Assembly (NCBI GenBank): GCA_000146045.2
Contig: BK006938.2
Span: forward strand, 1,056,001 to 1,120,000
From: TPA_inf: Saccharomyces
Taxonomy: Eukaryota
Direction of reading: 5' to 3'
Length of the DNA: 64,000 nucleotides
In this document: one piece after another, positions 11,426 to 23,010 of the stretch
How positions within the stretch are numbered: the stretch's first letter is position 1
Layout: the number at the start of each line of letters is the position of its first letter
Made by a program: the position numbers and the translations under genes
Notes under the pieces: model-generated
The model's database searches: none
What the model saw: the letters and a program-made list of their open reading frames with translations, nothing else
Told to the model about the DNA's origin: nothing

Positions 11426-11730
11426 ACAATACATATAAAGGATATTTAATGCTAACTAGCCCGATATATACATCTATCTATCACTAGGCATTCGAGTAGT
11501 GAATAAGAACCACTACTTGAAACACTAGATTTGTAACAATAACGCATGTATCATCGTACATTTTCGGAACTATTTACGTAACGCGGGGATGAGGAAAAAG
11601 TTACTTTTTGCACAGCAAAAAAAACAAATAAAGAACAGTTAGTGAAATAAAGCAAAAGTGCAAACGGTGCCTTTAATCAAAGACTTTGCAGGAACATAAA
11701 CAAGTGCACTAAAGAAGGTCCAATTTAAAT

Positions 11731-12390
11731 ATGCCAGCTAAAAAAAGGACTAGAAAGACAGTGAAAAAAACCGTATCATTCTCCGATGACACAACATTAA
11801 CAACGCACCAAAATCGTGAGAAAAAGAACGTAGATCATGATCGTCCACCTGTGTATGTGAGGAAAACCCCTCTGATGACATTTCCATACCATTTAGTAGC
11901 ACTACTTTATTACTACGTTTTTGTATCTTCAAATTTCAATACGGTGAAGTTGCTAAGTTTTTTGATTCCTACACAAGTTGCTTATTTAGTTTTACAATTC
12001 AATAAATGCACAGTTTACGGTAACAAAATCATTAAGATCAATTACTCATTGACCATTATTTGTCTAGGTGTTACATTTTTGTTGAGCTTTCCCACAATGT
12101 TATTAACTATATTATTTGGTGCGCCATTAATGGACTTATTGTGGGAAACCTGGCTGTTGTCACTGCATTTTGCATTTTTAGCATACCCTGCAGTTTATTC
12201 TGTATTTAATTGTGATTTCAAAGTGGGATTATGGAAGAAGTATTTTATCTTTATCGTTGTAGGGGGTTGGATTAGTTGTGTTGTCATTCCTTTGGATTGG
12301 GATAGAGATTGGCAGAATTGGCCAATTCCTATTGTTGTTGGAGGTTATTTGGGCGCTTTGGTGGGCTATACTATCGGTGCCTATATATAA
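11731..12390 (+). CDS. GPI11: GPI-anchor biosynthesis ER membrane protein (PIG-F homolog), multi-pass hydrophobic
   Basis: 219-aa hydrophobic ORF recognised as GPI11 (YDR302W). Confidence 0.82.
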   Translation: MPAKKRTRKTVKKTVSFSDDTTLTTHQNREKKNVDHDRPPVYVRKTPLMTFPYHLVALLYYYVFVSSNFNTVKLLSFLIPTQVAYLVLQFNKCTVYGNKIIKINYSLTIICLGVTFLLSFPTMLLTILFGAPLMDLLWETWLLSLHFAFLAYPAVYSVFNCDFKVGLWKKYFIFIVVGGWISCVVIPLDWDRDWQNWPIPIVVGGYLGALVGYTIGAYI

Positions 12391-12728
12391 TATCGGTAAT
12401 TTAAAAATTTGTATATAAAAAAATATAAGTATGATAGAGGTAACATAAACTGGTCCTATGCACAATTGAAAAATCTATGACAAAAACTAAATGATCTTTA
12501 TACCAAACCCACCTATATGCTATTTGTACCATCTTAAAAGAAGGTAATAACTTCCATACAGATAAATAGCTAACAACATTAAATATCTCCCACTCTCCTC
12601 ATTCTTTTCTTTTCATAATTTCCTTTTTCTGATTTATTCATTCTATATAAAAAAATAATACAAATCCTCAGATTAAATAATAAATACTATAAAAGTCTCA
12701 ACTTCTTCTTTAATTTGTTTGAGTCGCT

Positions 12729-15386
12729 TTAGCTACGAATAGCCTCAAAAACTTCGTTGAAATTCTCCTTTGTTAAACCGAAAGTATCCGAATTTGCGTC
12801 GCTATCAACAGGAGCTGCTGCGCCTAAAACTCCATTAGAAACTGTGCTATTTTTCCTCTGTTCATAAAAATCCGTTTTTATCAGAGATTCTGAAATTTTA
12901 CTCAACTCGTGATTTAATTTAATCAACTGCTCTGCAGATATGCCAGAAAATCCGTTATTAATGGAATAATTTGAATCGGCGCTAGTCGTTACCTTATTCT
13001 CCTCAAGATTTTTGATATACTTGGAGATTGTCTTAATTTTAATAATCAGATTTTCGATGAGTTTATTTTGCTTTTTACAATTCTTGGTATAATCACTTAA
13101 CAACATTGCAATTTTGTTGATAATTAAATGAATAACATTTTTATTCTTTATTCTCTTACTATTGTCGTTATTACTATGAATATCTGTTTGCTCACTGATT
13201 TCATTAGCATCATTCGTCCTCTTTGAAGAATCAAAAGACCTTTGATAGAGCGCCAAAAGCATTAAAACTAAAGTTTGCAGAACCACAATAGATTTATTGA
13301 TGAATGTGAATTCATGACCAGCAAATTTAATATTGGCTAAGTTCGAGAAAACAAAGAACAAGGTCTCCCTCGACAATTCCAAAAAGTCTTCCAAAATTTC
13401 GTTAAATTTAGCATAATTTTTCAATGTTTCAAATTGCAATAAGAGGTAAAAGTTCAAATATAACATTGAATTCCTGTAGATTAGAGAATCCATGATATTA
13501 TTAATTATTGAAGGAGTCGTTAAACATCCTTGGCTGACCTCGATATTCTTATTTTTCAAAAGCTTGATTAACTGTATAATTTTATCAATGGATAGTTGTT
13601 GATCTTTACTTTGCAAATATTTCATCAAGTTTACTTCAAAATCAATCAATTCAAAATCGTTGTTCAACAAAGGATCAATAATTGGGGTAGAATTTGTGAA
13701 AGGTTCAGACATTAGCAACGGCAATTGACCTAAGAAAAGGTGTCTCCAGCAGTAGTTCTTAAATATGAAATTCCAGGTCAAAATATGAGATTGATTTTGA
13801 GTTTCATGATTTAACGATAGTAAACATGCCATATGCATATCTTCGTCGTAATCAATTACGAAAGAGGACGATGACGACGTGTCCATCACAAATTGGTAAT
13901 ATTTCCACAAAGAAATAAACCGCAGGGTCTCTATATTACACATTGACCTTTTTTCAATTTCAAATCTAAGCGTTGTTAAATTAGACTTCAACAAAGGCAA
14001 GTAGTTGAATAACACATTGAATAATTGCAAGTGTTCATCATCTCTAAGAGGAATCAAAACCGTAGAATTCAACGATTCAAAAAGAATCAGGAGACAGAGA
14101 GTAATAAATCCTAGATTTAGTAGCTGATCATTGGTCACACTAAAAACTTGAAAAATAGTTTCAAAATCTTTAGAATTTGGCTTATTAATGGTGTTAGAAG
14201 GAAAAAGCTGCTCAACTATGGGTAATAGTCTCTTTGGTTTTAATATTGGAAGTATTGAATTCGTTTCCGTTATCGTGGATAAGTATTTGTTGATAAGGGT
14301 CTGTGTTATCGATTGTGAAGGAAACTTTAATATTTGAGATATGCCACTGTTGCGCTCAATACTGTTACGGCTTGCTACCAAATCGTGCAAAGGTCCATTA
14401 AATTGCGTTTCAATTAATATATTCAAGTCATTGAAGAATTTGAATAGGAAAGGATCACGTTCAATCAAATACTGAATCTGGAAGATAGAACTTTTATTTA
14501 TATTTTTTGGTAACAGCCATAATCTGTTTCTACCTTCTTCTGAAATAGCAGAATTAAACACATTAAAAACTTTATTAGTATCCAAAAATTGAGGATCTAA
14601 ATCCTTAAATTCATTAAGATGAGGTCTTCTTTCACTCTCTGGAATTGGCTTACCGTCCCCGTCCGTAACGCCGTCTTCACTCAGTTTTCTTTTCTTAATT
14701 GTCAAAAACTCCTCTTGGTTTCTATTGGAGTGTGAAGACTGCATTTGCGCTGAGGAATCCTGCTTGAGATCAAGATTTACTCCCGTAATTTTCTTACCTG
14801 TAATTTCTTGCAATTCCAGTAGTCTGCCTTTCAAGAAATTCATTTCATGATTGATGATTTCATCTTGTGTGTAAGGAGAGGTTAGCATATGAAAAATTGC
14901 AGGGCCTTGAACCCAATTGAGTGGAGTAGAAGATTCGTTTGCAGAAGTGACTGGCTTACTTTCCAAGGAAGGCACTGATTTTGGAATATATTGAGTGTGT
15001 TGTTGATTCAAGGTTGCATTTGCCGCAGATGATCTATTATTAAGTTGATTTTGAGCATTGAGCAGTTGCAGACGCGTGTTGTATTCTCTTATTTGCTCCA
15101 AAGAAGCCAGTTCTGGATTTTTCTGCAAAAGTGCAGCAGTTTCCTTGGAGACACGACGAGAAGCGTAATAAGAGTTTAAGTACGGACCGTTGGCTACTTG
15201 GCGTGTATTGGAAGAGGAAGAACTAGAGGGAACGTATTGTCCGGGAACGTCCGGATAAAAGCAGTCCATTTTATTATGCTTCATACAGTTCCCACAAATC
15301 GGCTTAACACGATCGCAGCCTATCTTCCTCTTACGGCACTGCACGCATGCAGGCGGTTTTTTCATTTTTCTACCACGAATATCCAT
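12729..15386 (-). CDS. RSC3: RSC chromatin remodeler subunit with N-terminal Zn2Cys6 zinc cluster
   Basis: 885-aa ORF. Zn2Cys6 motif CVQCRKRKIGCDRVKPICGNCMKHNKMDC at the N-terminus. Recognised as RSC3 (YDR303C). Confidence 0.85.
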   Translation of the reverse strand: MDIRGRKMKKPPACVQCRKRKIGCDRVKPICGNCMKHNKMDCFYPDVPGQYVPSSSSSSNTRQVANGPYLNSYYASRRVSKETAALLQKNPELASLEQIREYNTRLQLLNAQNQLNNRSSAANATLNQQHTQYIPKSVPSLESKPVTSANESSTPLNWVQGPAIFHMLTSPYTQDEIINHEMNFLKGRLLELQEITGKKITGVNLDLKQDSSAQMQSSHSNRNQEEFLTIKKRKLSEDGVTDGDGKPIPESERRPHLNEFKDLDPQFLDTNKVFNVFNSAISEEGRNRLWLLPKNINKSSIFQIQYLIERDPFLFKFFNDLNILIETQFNGPLHDLVASRNSIERNSGISQILKFPSQSITQTLINKYLSTITETNSILPILKPKRLLPIVEQLFPSNTINKPNSKDFETIFQVFSVTNDQLLNLGFITLCLLILFESLNSTVLIPLRDDEHLQLFNVLFNYLPLLKSNLTTLRFEIEKRSMCNIETLRFISLWKYYQFVMDTSSSSSFVIDYDEDMHMACLLSLNHETQNQSHILTWNFIFKNYCWRHLFLGQLPLLMSEPFTNSTPIIDPLLNNDFELIDFEVNLMKYLQSKDQQLSIDKIIQLIKLLKNKNIEVSQGCLTTPSIINNIMDSLIYRNSMLYLNFYLLLQFETLKNYAKFNEILEDFLELSRETLFFVFSNLANIKFAGHEFTFINKSIVVLQTLVLMLLALYQRSFDSSKRTNDANEISEQTDIHSNNDNSKRIKNKNVIHLIINKIAMLLSDYTKNCKKQNKLIENLIIKIKTISKYIKNLEENKVTTSADSNYSINNGFSGISAEQLIKLNHELSKISESLIKTDFYEQRKNSTVSNGVLGAAAPVDSDANSDTFGLTKENFNEVFEAIRS

Positions 15387-15879
15387 CGTTGTTTTTTGGT
15401 TCTGAAATGCTATTTTTGTAGATAAGAGCTTAAGAAAATATCACAGAAACCTCGATTTTAAATATCTGCGTAGTATGGGGCAATTGCAGCAGAGCACCAA
15501 TGACTTTGGTTTGAAAGCCGTGAGTTTTGATGAAATAATCTAATGTAAGCAGCTAATATATCTTCTCGGGCGAAAACGGGAAAGTGGTCTTACAAGCGTC
15601 TAACGGGCCGAATGAATATTGGTGAACTATGGCTATTTGCGAGAAGGTATAGCAGTGGAAGTGTCCAGAAAGCAGTATGTTCCTAATAATAAAGGTAGTT
15701 CTTGGTCTGTGTGATCCCAGCTGGTCAACAAGACCCACGTTGGTCAATTGAAATACTCTTGTGAAGTTGTGCCAGAAAAGGGCCATAGGGTAACATACTC
15801 GTTCTATGTGATAATCAACTGTTATAAGCACTATATAGTTACATAGCTGGCCTATACATCTCCTGAATAGTGATGCAGT

Positions 15880-16557
15880 TTAGAGTTCATCGTGGGCTGC
15901 TTCGCTAGCTTCCGCTTTGATCTCTTCCTGTAGCTTGGCGGCGTCTTTATTGTCCAAAGGAACAGTTTCCAGTTCACCACTTTCCACAATAATAACTTCC
16001 TTTACAGGCATATTTCTACTGTCGGTCTTAACGTTTTCAATGTAGTGAACTACGTCCATACCATCCAAGACTTCTCCAAAGACAACGTGCTTACCGTCCA
16101 ACCATGGGCATGGGACGGTGGTGATGAAAAATTGGGATCCGTTGGTGTTTTTACCACGATTGGCCATAGACAATCTGCCTGGTTTGTCATGTTTGACATC
16201 AAAATTCTCATCTTTGAACGTGTTTCCGAAGATAGACTTACCCCCAATACCTGATCTGTGAGTGAAATCGCCACCTTGAATCATGAAGTTAGGAATAACG
16301 CGATGGAAGATAGAGTTCAAATAACCCATCTTAGGGTCCCTGGAAATGGTCAACTGGTAAAAGTTTTCAACGGTTTGGGGTGTGGTGAGACCATACAATC
16401 CCATAACAATTCTACCAATTTGTTTATCACCGTGATTAATGTCAAAGTAGACCTTGTGTGTGATCTCAGGATCTTCTGCCGTGTCCTCTTTCGCAAAAAT
16501 GGCTGTTGTGAAGAGACAAGCAAATAAGGTAATAAAGGAAAAAAATTGAAGCTTCAT
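15880..16557 (-). CDS. CPR5: ER-lumenal cyclophilin-type peptidyl-prolyl isomerase with signal peptide and C-terminal HDEL
   Basis: 225-aa ORF. Cyclophilin core ([14 protein letters not shown]) and C-terminal HDEL retention signal. Recognised as CPR5 (YDR304C). Confidence 0.88.
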   Translation of the reverse strand: MKLQFFSFITLFACLFTTAIFAKEDTAEDPEITHKVYFDINHGDKQIGRIVMGLYGLTTPQTVENFYQLTISRDPKMGYLNSIFHRVIPNFMIQGGDFTHRSGIGGKSIFGNTFKDENFDVKHDKPGRLSMANRGKNTNGSQFFITTVPCPWLDGKHVVFGEVLDGMDVVHYIENVKTDSRNMPVKEVIIVESGELETVPLDNKDAAKLQEEIKAEASEAAHDEL

Positions 16558-16745
16558 AATTGCGGATATCGCTGTGCCTTTTGTTTATTGAATTGAAAGT
16601 AACCTTTACTGTTGAGTCTCCTCGAGGAAAGTAGTAAGGATGGTTTCATCTTTTTTTTCCTCTGCTAAAAGGGATTCGCTGCGAAACGAAAATTAACTTC
16701 CCTACTATTTTTTATATCGTAAGTATGAATCTATTATTTATTGAA

Positions 16746-17312
16746 CTATAACCATTGTGTTAAACCAGGATCAGAAGATACAAATTCTTCTAGTCTGGCT
16801 TGAAGATCCTCAGCTTCTTTTTTCATTTCGGTTAAAGCTCGAACCTTCCTTTGACTGTCTGGCTTCAAGACATTAGGACCTTGTGAGAGTTCATCCCCGT
16901 CTACAGTGGCCGATGTAGAGTTATTTTTTCTTGCTTGCCTACCACCAACACCCAAATATTCGTCTCTTCTTCCTTGCCAATCAGTCAAAGTCCCATTACC
17001 ATCCCAATGATCTAATTTATCGTATATTAAATCCCCTACATTGTTTATTTTATAACGTGGAATAATGTGTGTATGCAAGTGGGGTACCGACTGTCCGGCC
17101 TCAGGTCCATCTTGGATGGCAACGTTGATAGAGTCAGCCTTATATTGCCACTTAATAAATCTATGTATTAACTGTAAAGTCTTGAAATAATCTTGAGATT
17201 CAGGCATGGTCAGATCTGATAAGTTTAAAACCGTAGTTCTCAGTGGAACGATCAGTACATGTCCGGGTACAATTGGTTTCAAGTTTACCAATGCATACGT
17301 ATATTTTGACTT
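16746..17312 (-). CDS. HNT2: HNT2 exon 2 (HIT-family dinucleoside triphosphate hydrolase, Fhit homolog). HIT motif HLHTHIIP present.
   Basis: Track ORF 16746..17291 extended to the 3' splice site CAG at 17313-17315. Branch point TACTAAC lies about 25 nt upstream of the acceptor. Exon 1 + exon 2 give 217 aa. Confidence 0.75.
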   Translation of the reverse strand, partial: KSKYTYALVNLKPIVPGHVLIVPLRTTVLNLSDLTMPESQDYFKTLQLIHRFIKWQYKADSINVAIQDGPEAGQSVPHLHTHIIPRYKINNVGDLIYDKLDHWDGNGTLTDWQGRRDEYLGVGGRQARKNNSTSATVDGDELSQGPNVLKPDSQRKVRALTEMKKEAEDLQARLEEFVSSDPGLTQWL

Positions 17313-17401
17313 CTGTAAAGAAGCAGAGATTATAAGGTCTCCATATAGTTAGTAACGCAATGGTGCGAATGGGGTACAAAAAAACATATGAGAGTGCATA
17401 C
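17313..17401 (-). other. HNT2: HNT2 spliceosomal intron (89 nt): 5'ss GUAUGC, branch UACUAAC, 3'ss CAG
   Basis: 5'ss, branch point and 3'ss read directly on the minus strand. Only this splice restores the frame between exon 1 and the HIT-domain ORF. Confidence 0.7.
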
Positions 17402-17488
17402 ATAGAAAACTTGTTCAGTTACAAGAAACTTGCTGAAATATATTGGCTTATTCATGCTTTTAGGTTTCTTTGTTTTGCTTAAGATCAT
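17402..17488 (-). CDS. HNT2: HNT2 exon 1 (MILSKTKKPKSMNKPIYFSKFLVTEQVFY)
   Basis: Minus-strand ATG at 17488. Exon ends before GTATGC (17401-17396, minus strand). Splicing joins ..VFY to KSKYTYALVNLKP in frame with the downstream HIT-domain ORF. Confidence 0.7.
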
Positions 17489-17734
17489 TCTGAGCCCAAG
17501 ATAGATCAATGGAGCTTCCTTTTTTTCTTCGCTTCTTACAATTGAGCAGAAAAGAAGATTCGACCATATCTTGAGAAACGTATAAACCAGGAAAATTACA
17601 CATTCTAATTGGTGTCAATGGCAAAATATATGCAAGTTTGCATGTAAAATATTTTTTTTAGGCCGGATAAAATAATTCTTCCTAATAGTGTCTAAAAGAA
17701 AACACTGACTCTTATAAAACAAACAATGAACATT

Positions 17735-19171
17735 TTAATAATTAAGATATAAACTGCCATCTTGATCTTCCAAAGAGACTACCAAATCAGCGACTTCATC
17801 GCTTTTCATGTTCCACCCCAGCTTGGGAGAAACACAAATATTCTTTAGGCAGGGCAGCCTGGATTCCAGTATGGCTATAGTCAAGTCATCGGGATGAATC
17901 TTAGAAGCTAATCCCAAGGATCCGCTGCATTCTAAGTACAATGTTTTAAGAGGCCTATCATATTCCACCAATTTACTTAGCATGAATTCAGAAAAGCACC
18001 ACTTAGAACAGTAATCAACCATGAGCTGCAAAGAAATTAAATTAGCACAGTACGTGAAGACATGGTCTAGGGAATTTTCTGCCAGAGATGGCATCGGATA
18101 ATGAAAAAATAAATGCTTTAAATTATCACCGATCTGTGATAACAACGAATAAATAGACAATTCCGTTATTTGAGGACAATAAGAGAATTCTAAAGTTGTA
18201 ATAGTTGTTGGCCATTTCGTATCAATCACAAATTCATTTGTTATACCTCCACTCAATTTCAAGTACCTGAGATTCTGTGGCCATTGAATATCTTGGAACC
18301 CTTGGCAGTCAATCGACGATCTGGGAAAAGATAAATGCGTTAATTTAGTGAAATTTTTAATGGCAGAAAATAACTCCTTCAGCTTAACTGTTTCCGATAC
18401 TAAACCCAAGTCTAAAAATTTCAAATCATGACACGATTTCAATGAAATCAAAGGCGCGTAACCAAAGCTTGTCTGTGGTGCGATGAATTTAGTTAGGTTA
18501 GAACAGCATCGTCGTAAAAGCTTGGAGACAAATGAATTTCTACCACTTTGTAAAATTGTAGACAAGTTCAACTCAAAAACATAGTGTCCTAAATTCTTCT
18601 TTTTATTTATGATTATTGTATCAACAAACCCGTTGAAATTCTTACTTGTTAACGCTGGTGCATAATAAAGCTTTGGTAGACACATGGCGTACCAGTTTCT
18701 GCAAACTAGTAAGTAGTTCATATTTATACCAGTCGTAGTTTTTTTTCCATTAGCAGTTTTATTTAATTTTTCTTCTTTCTCTGGTATATCAAGATAATGA
18801 ATTATTCTATGCTGTATCTCCCATGGCAAAACCATCTTTACTGATACTGAATGCATCCTCGCTTCCTCACTCTCTATGACTTTGCCATTTTTTTCTCCTT
18901 TGGAGGACGATGTCGATGATGACGATGGCGACTGCTTACGTCCTTTTTTATCCTTTTTTTCATTACTCAGTCGTGTCAATTTCACTATAGTATCATTGGT
19001 TTCATCATAGTAATAAGACCCCTGTGGAGTCTCAATGAGTTCTGCATCCTCCGGTATAGTGATAGTGAATTCTTTAGCCTTATTATCATTTCTTGTAGAG
19101 GAGAAACCCTCTCCCGCCACGTACTTCCTGTAAGGAGCCTTGATTTTCTTGGGTCGTGATTTGTTTGCCAT
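17735..19171 (-). CDS. F-box / leucine-rich-repeat protein (YDR306C-like)
   Basis: 478-aa ORF recognised as YDR306C. F-box-like segment (LPWEIQHRIIHYLD) followed by LRR-like repeats. Confidence 0.78.
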   Translation of the reverse strand: MANKSRPKKIKAPYRKYVAGEGFSSTRNDNKAKEFTITIPEDAELIETPQGSYYYDETNDTIVKLTRLSNEKKDKKGRKQSPSSSSTSSSKGEKNGKVIESEEARMHSVSVKMVLPWEIQHRIIHYLDIPEKEEKLNKTANGKKTTTGINMNYLLVCRNWYAMCLPKLYYAPALTSKNFNGFVDTIIINKKKNLGHYVFELNLSTILQSGRNSFVSKLLRRCCSNLTKFIAPQTSFGYAPLISLKSCHDLKFLDLGLVSETVKLKELFSAIKNFTKLTHLSFPRSSIDCQGFQDIQWPQNLRYLKLSGGITNEFVIDTKWPTTITTLEFSYCPQITELSIYSLLSQIGDNLKHLFFHYPMPSLAENSLDHVFTYCANLISLQLMVDYCSKWCFSEFMLSKLVEYDRPLKTLYLECSGSLGLASKIHPDDLTIAILESRLPCLKNICVSPKLGWNMKSDEVADLVVSLEDQDGSLYLNY

Positions 19172-19471
19172 TACTGAGTACTGTGGTTGATATGATTATG
19201 TGTTAGAGCTGTTGCACATGTTTGTCGATGTACAAATCTTGACGATGCCGTCATATTACTCTCAATACTAGACACATCTTGTATTGACAACCCTTACCCC
19301 TCATGAAGAGGTAACCCGGCCGCAGGGCTTTAACAATAAAATAGAGACTATCATTCAACAATTACACAGTAGAAAAAAGTCAGAAGATTACTAATCTCGA
19401 TCTTAAGTCTATTAGTCAATTAAATGTGGCCTAGGATTCAACTAAAAATATAGTAGTAGTGAAAAAACAAA

Positions 19472-19544
19472 TGTTCCAACCGAGGATCGAACTCGGGACC
19501 TTTGCCGTGTGAAGGCAACGTGATAGCCGCTACACTATTGGAAC
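19472..19544 (-). tRNA. tV(CAC): tRNA-Val, anticodon CAC, 73 nt, no intron
   Basis: Minus-strand sequence GTTCCAATAGTGTAGCGGCTATCACGTTGCCTTCACACGGCAAAGGTCCCGAGTTCGATCCTCGGTTGGAACA folds as a cloverleaf: acceptor GTTCCAA/TTGGAAC, anticodon stem TTGCC/GGCAA, loop TTCACAC, T-loop TTCGATC. Confidence 0.88.
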
Positions 19545-19864
19545 AATATTACGGATGACAGCTTAGGATTCATAAAGAACTAATAAAGGTGTGGCAATAA
19601 AAATGGTGCAGCAAGTCTCAACTTTACTGCTTCTTATAGTTACTTCCTGTCGTTTTCATCACACTAACCCTTTGTTTCATTGTGCTCCCCTTCCCTTCCT
19701 TTCAATATTGCTTCCTACATCGGTCACTCTTACTTTGGTAATGAAGTAATGAAGAAAGGAAAAATAGAAAATCGAATACTAAAAATGTTATTATTTAAGG
19801 AGAATAAGAACGTAGACACTTAAGGGCGATAGTGTTTGAACAGAAAAAAATTAACTTACAAAAC

Positions 19865-21853
19865 ATGAAGGACTTGAGATTACAGGGGCCCTACAGAAAG
19901 TACATTCCCTATAATATTTTCCAACAATGTGGAATTGGTCACTTAAAGACGCTTGATTATATTTTCGCGTTTTTGATTGTTATTACCAATTTCACATTAA
20001 TATGGAAATCGCACTCTTCTTCATTCTGGAACCGACCATGGGACAATAATAGTGAACAAGAACTTTCCCAATTAATTCAGTTTTACCTAGACAAGGCTTT
20101 TTACATCCATGAATTGCCACCATTTACAATACAGTTCTACTCCATTATTCGAAGATTAAAGATCGCAGAAAATTTAAGATACGTTTCTTTGTTTTTGAAT
20201 TCATCGACTTTAGGTTTTCTTTTCCTGATAACAAGGAGAATCAATTGCTCTCGTTTAATTTCAGCAACAGGTTTGCTGATATTATCCAACTGGGAAACTT
20301 TCAGAAATGAGGGCACTATTATATCATTTGACAGTTTAGAATGGTGTCTGTTCTCAGTAGTAATTTACAGTTTTATAAGCATTTCAATTGCAAAACTGGG
20401 AACTACGAATTGGTTTGCTAATGTGATTACATTATCTATTTCTTTAGGGCTGGCAATCTCTTCTAAATTTATTGGAATTGTCACTTGGGCCTTCGTAATT
20501 CTTTCTTTTGTACGTCAATTTGATAGACTGATAAGCGACGTTAAAGTTACGACCATCCAAATAATAAAATTTGTCATTCTCTGTCTATTATTCGTTTTGA
20601 TTATCCCTGGTTCCATCTTCATAATAAGTTATTCGAACTTACTTTCGAATTTTAAGACAGACACGCCACAATTTTCAAAATATATGAGCACATATTTCAA
20701 GTCCTATTTAAGAGGCCCTCAAGTACAACCGAGTCGATTGTACTATGGATCAACGATCACATTACGTCATTTAGATTCTATGGTCGGATATCTTGCTTCT
20801 CACGATATTTCGTATCCATCAGATGTTGACGAACAGTTAGTAGCGTTATCATTTGAAGAATTCGCGGCAGACAATGAATGGTTAATAGAACATCCTACAT
20901 TAAATTTGAGTTTTTCTGAGGTATACCATGCTGATCAATTGATACCTGTAGAATTTGGTCAAAGTATAAAACTAAGACACAAATCTACTGGAAAATTATT
21001 GAGAGCCAGCACTGCTAAACCTCCCATCAGCGAGCAGGACTATGACTTTCAAATTTCATGCACGAAAGATTCAAACTACGAAGGAGGAATGGATGAGAGA
21101 TGGGATGTTCTCCTGATTAAAGATGAAATCAACAATGATAAAAAGGATAACGCAGATGATAAATACATTAAACCGCTTCAATCAGAGATACGCTTTTACA
21201 ATAACGGCCAGAGATGTGGGCTATTGGGCCATGATCTTCGGTTACCTGAATGGGGCCGCTTTGAGCAAGAAGTCCTATGTATGGAGTACCCAGTAATACC
21301 AAGAACCACTTTTCTAATAGACTCAGTACAACTACCAGTCGATTTCCAAGTCCCAATGATAGAATATTATATCGGCAAAATAAGTTCTTCAGCAGAATTC
21401 AATCATACCTTATCTTGGTCACAATTTCTTTATCTTTTCAAAGAATATATTTTCAAACAATACAAGTACAATTACTATATTAAATACGGTAAAAATAAGG
21501 TCACTTTTGAAGATGCGTTCGCCGTGGAAAAATGGCCAATTACGTTAGACACAGACTCTCCAGTTTGGTTTAATTTTGCATGGTATGGATCCTTACTCTC
21601 GATGATCATTTTCATGTGCGTGCAATGTAAGAGAATGATATCTTGGAATCCGTGGACAACTGCTGAACCTTCCTTTTCTATCAAATGGGAGGTCTACAAT
21701 GAATTTGGCTGGGAGTGCATTGTCGGTTGGTTTTTACATTTTTACATCTTCACAATGAGTCCACACTTCAACTTGGGGAAAAAACTGTACTTCCAAAGTT
21801 TTTTCTTTAGTGTATTGTGTCTTTTAGAATCGTTAGATTGCCTTGCAAAGTAA
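19865..21853 (+). CDS. PMT7: Protein O-mannosyltransferase family member (multi-pass membrane, MIR-domain region)
   Basis: Track ORF 19832..21853 (673 aa). Recognised as YDR307W/PMT7, 662 aa from the second Met (MKDLRLQG). Many predicted TM helices. Confidence 0.75.
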   Translation: MKDLRLQGPYRKYIPYNIFQQCGIGHLKTLDYIFAFLIVITNFTLIWKSHSSSFWNRPWDNNSEQELSQLIQFYLDKAFYIHELPPFTIQFYSIIRRLKIAENLRYVSLFLNSSTLGFLFLITRRINCSRLISATGLLILSNWETFRNEGTIISFDSLEWCLFSVVIYSFISISIAKLGTTNWFANVITLSISLGLAISSKFIGIVTWAFVILSFVRQFDRLISDVKVTTIQIIKFVILCLLFVLIIPGSIFIISYSNLLSNFKTDTPQFSKYMSTYFKSYLRGPQVQPSRLYYGSTITLRHLDSMVGYLASHDISYPSDVDEQLVALSFEEFAADNEWLIEHPTLNLSFSEVYHADQLIPVEFGQSIKLRHKSTGKLLRASTAKPPISEQDYDFQISCTKDSNYEGGMDERWDVLLIKDEINNDKKDNADDKYIKPLQSEIRFYNNGQRCGLLGHDLRLPEWGRFEQEVLCMEYPVIPRTTFLIDSVQLPVDFQVPMIEYYIGKISSSAEFNHTLSWSQFLYLFKEYIFKQYKYNYYIKYGKNKVTFEDAFAVEKWPITLDTDSPVWFNFAWYGSLLSMIIFMCVQCKRMISWNPWTTAEPSFSIKWEVYNEFGWECIVGWFLHFYIFTMSPHFNLGKKLYFQSFFFSVLCLLESLDCLAK

Positions 21854-22026
21854 CTCGTAGAAAGATTTTCTCCATTATGATTTTTCTCCCATTGCTTCAA
21901 TAATTCTCCGGTACAAATAGAGTAGCACAATTATTTATAAGAATAACATACATACGCTTAACTCTGCCATATAACTATAGTACATTTTCTGTCCTCTGTT
22001 CGCAAATTTCTTTGTAAAACTTAAGT

Positions 22027-22449
22027 TTATGTGCTCTTTTTTGAGTTTGCAATGCCATCTACAAAATCTTCAATTAAAGAATCAACGTGCCTTAAAAGTT
22101 TCTCCTTCTTTTTGATGGCCTCAATTTTTTCGTCTTCCACTTCAACTAGCTTTTTCTGCAACATATCAATCTTCCTTAATTGCTCTTCAGCTGAAACGTC
22201 AACACCAGGTAACGAGTCAATAAGCTTGTTTATCTGTCTTGTTTTAAGTATAATGTCCGTGGATAGCTCATCTATCGTGTTAGAAAATTCCTCAGGAGGT
22301 ACTACTGTGGCATGCTTATCGGACATCTGAGGTTCATTTACGGTCAATCGTTCAAAACCATGGTTCTTATCTATGTAGTTTAAAGTAGCACAGAATTGCT
22401 CCGTCATTTGGTCTAAACATATCTGCAATTGTGTTAATCTATCTGTCAT
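22027..22449 (-). CDS. SRB7: Mediator complex subunit Med21
   Basis: 140-aa ORF recognised as SRB7 (YDR308C). Confidence 0.88.
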
Positions 22450-23010
22450 TGTTAAAGAGCATATAATGTATTGAACTAGTGAAATGTTATGTCCCTCTTT
22501 TAACCAATGGTTTACCGTTTGAATTATAATTATCTTTCAGAATTGATTTTTTTTCTAACTTTCTTGCAATGCGAACAAAGCTTGTAATTAAGCACGTACG
22601 GTTGGCCTTTAAAGGATTACAGAGAAAGACAAGGCTTCTACAGAAACAGCCACATGTTCTACAAAAGCGCACTTCACGCATATAAGCATATAAATGTTAG
22701 TTATATGAACAATCTTAAGTAATATATAATAAATCAGAAAAGTTTAACTGTAAAAGAAATTGTGTTTTAAAAGAAGATATAATAAACGAATGTATGGGAT
22801 AACGCCAAGTTAAATGAATGTCCTTGTTTTGTAACTAAAGCAGAAGAAATAATATTGTTAGCTCTAGTTATTTTAATAGTGAAAAAATAGCCGAAATAAA
22901 GAACAAAGAAAAAAGAATGAGGAAACGAATGAATGAGATTAACGAGTAAAAAACGAATGAATGATACTTCAGATGGTCCTTGAATATGTTTTATAAGCTG
23001 ATTCTTTGAA

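Noticed and set aside
15553-15831. 92-aa ORF in the RSC3-CPR5 intergenic region
   Set aside because: No recognisable motifs. It overlaps the probable RSC3 promoter and CPR5 3' UTR, so it is likely a spurious or dubious ORF.
19172-19831. Looked for LTR remnants flanking tRNA-Val(CAC), as is common at yeast tRNA loci
   Set aside because: No TGTTGG..TCTCA-type termini or delta/sigma-like blocks were recognisable by eye. None claimed.
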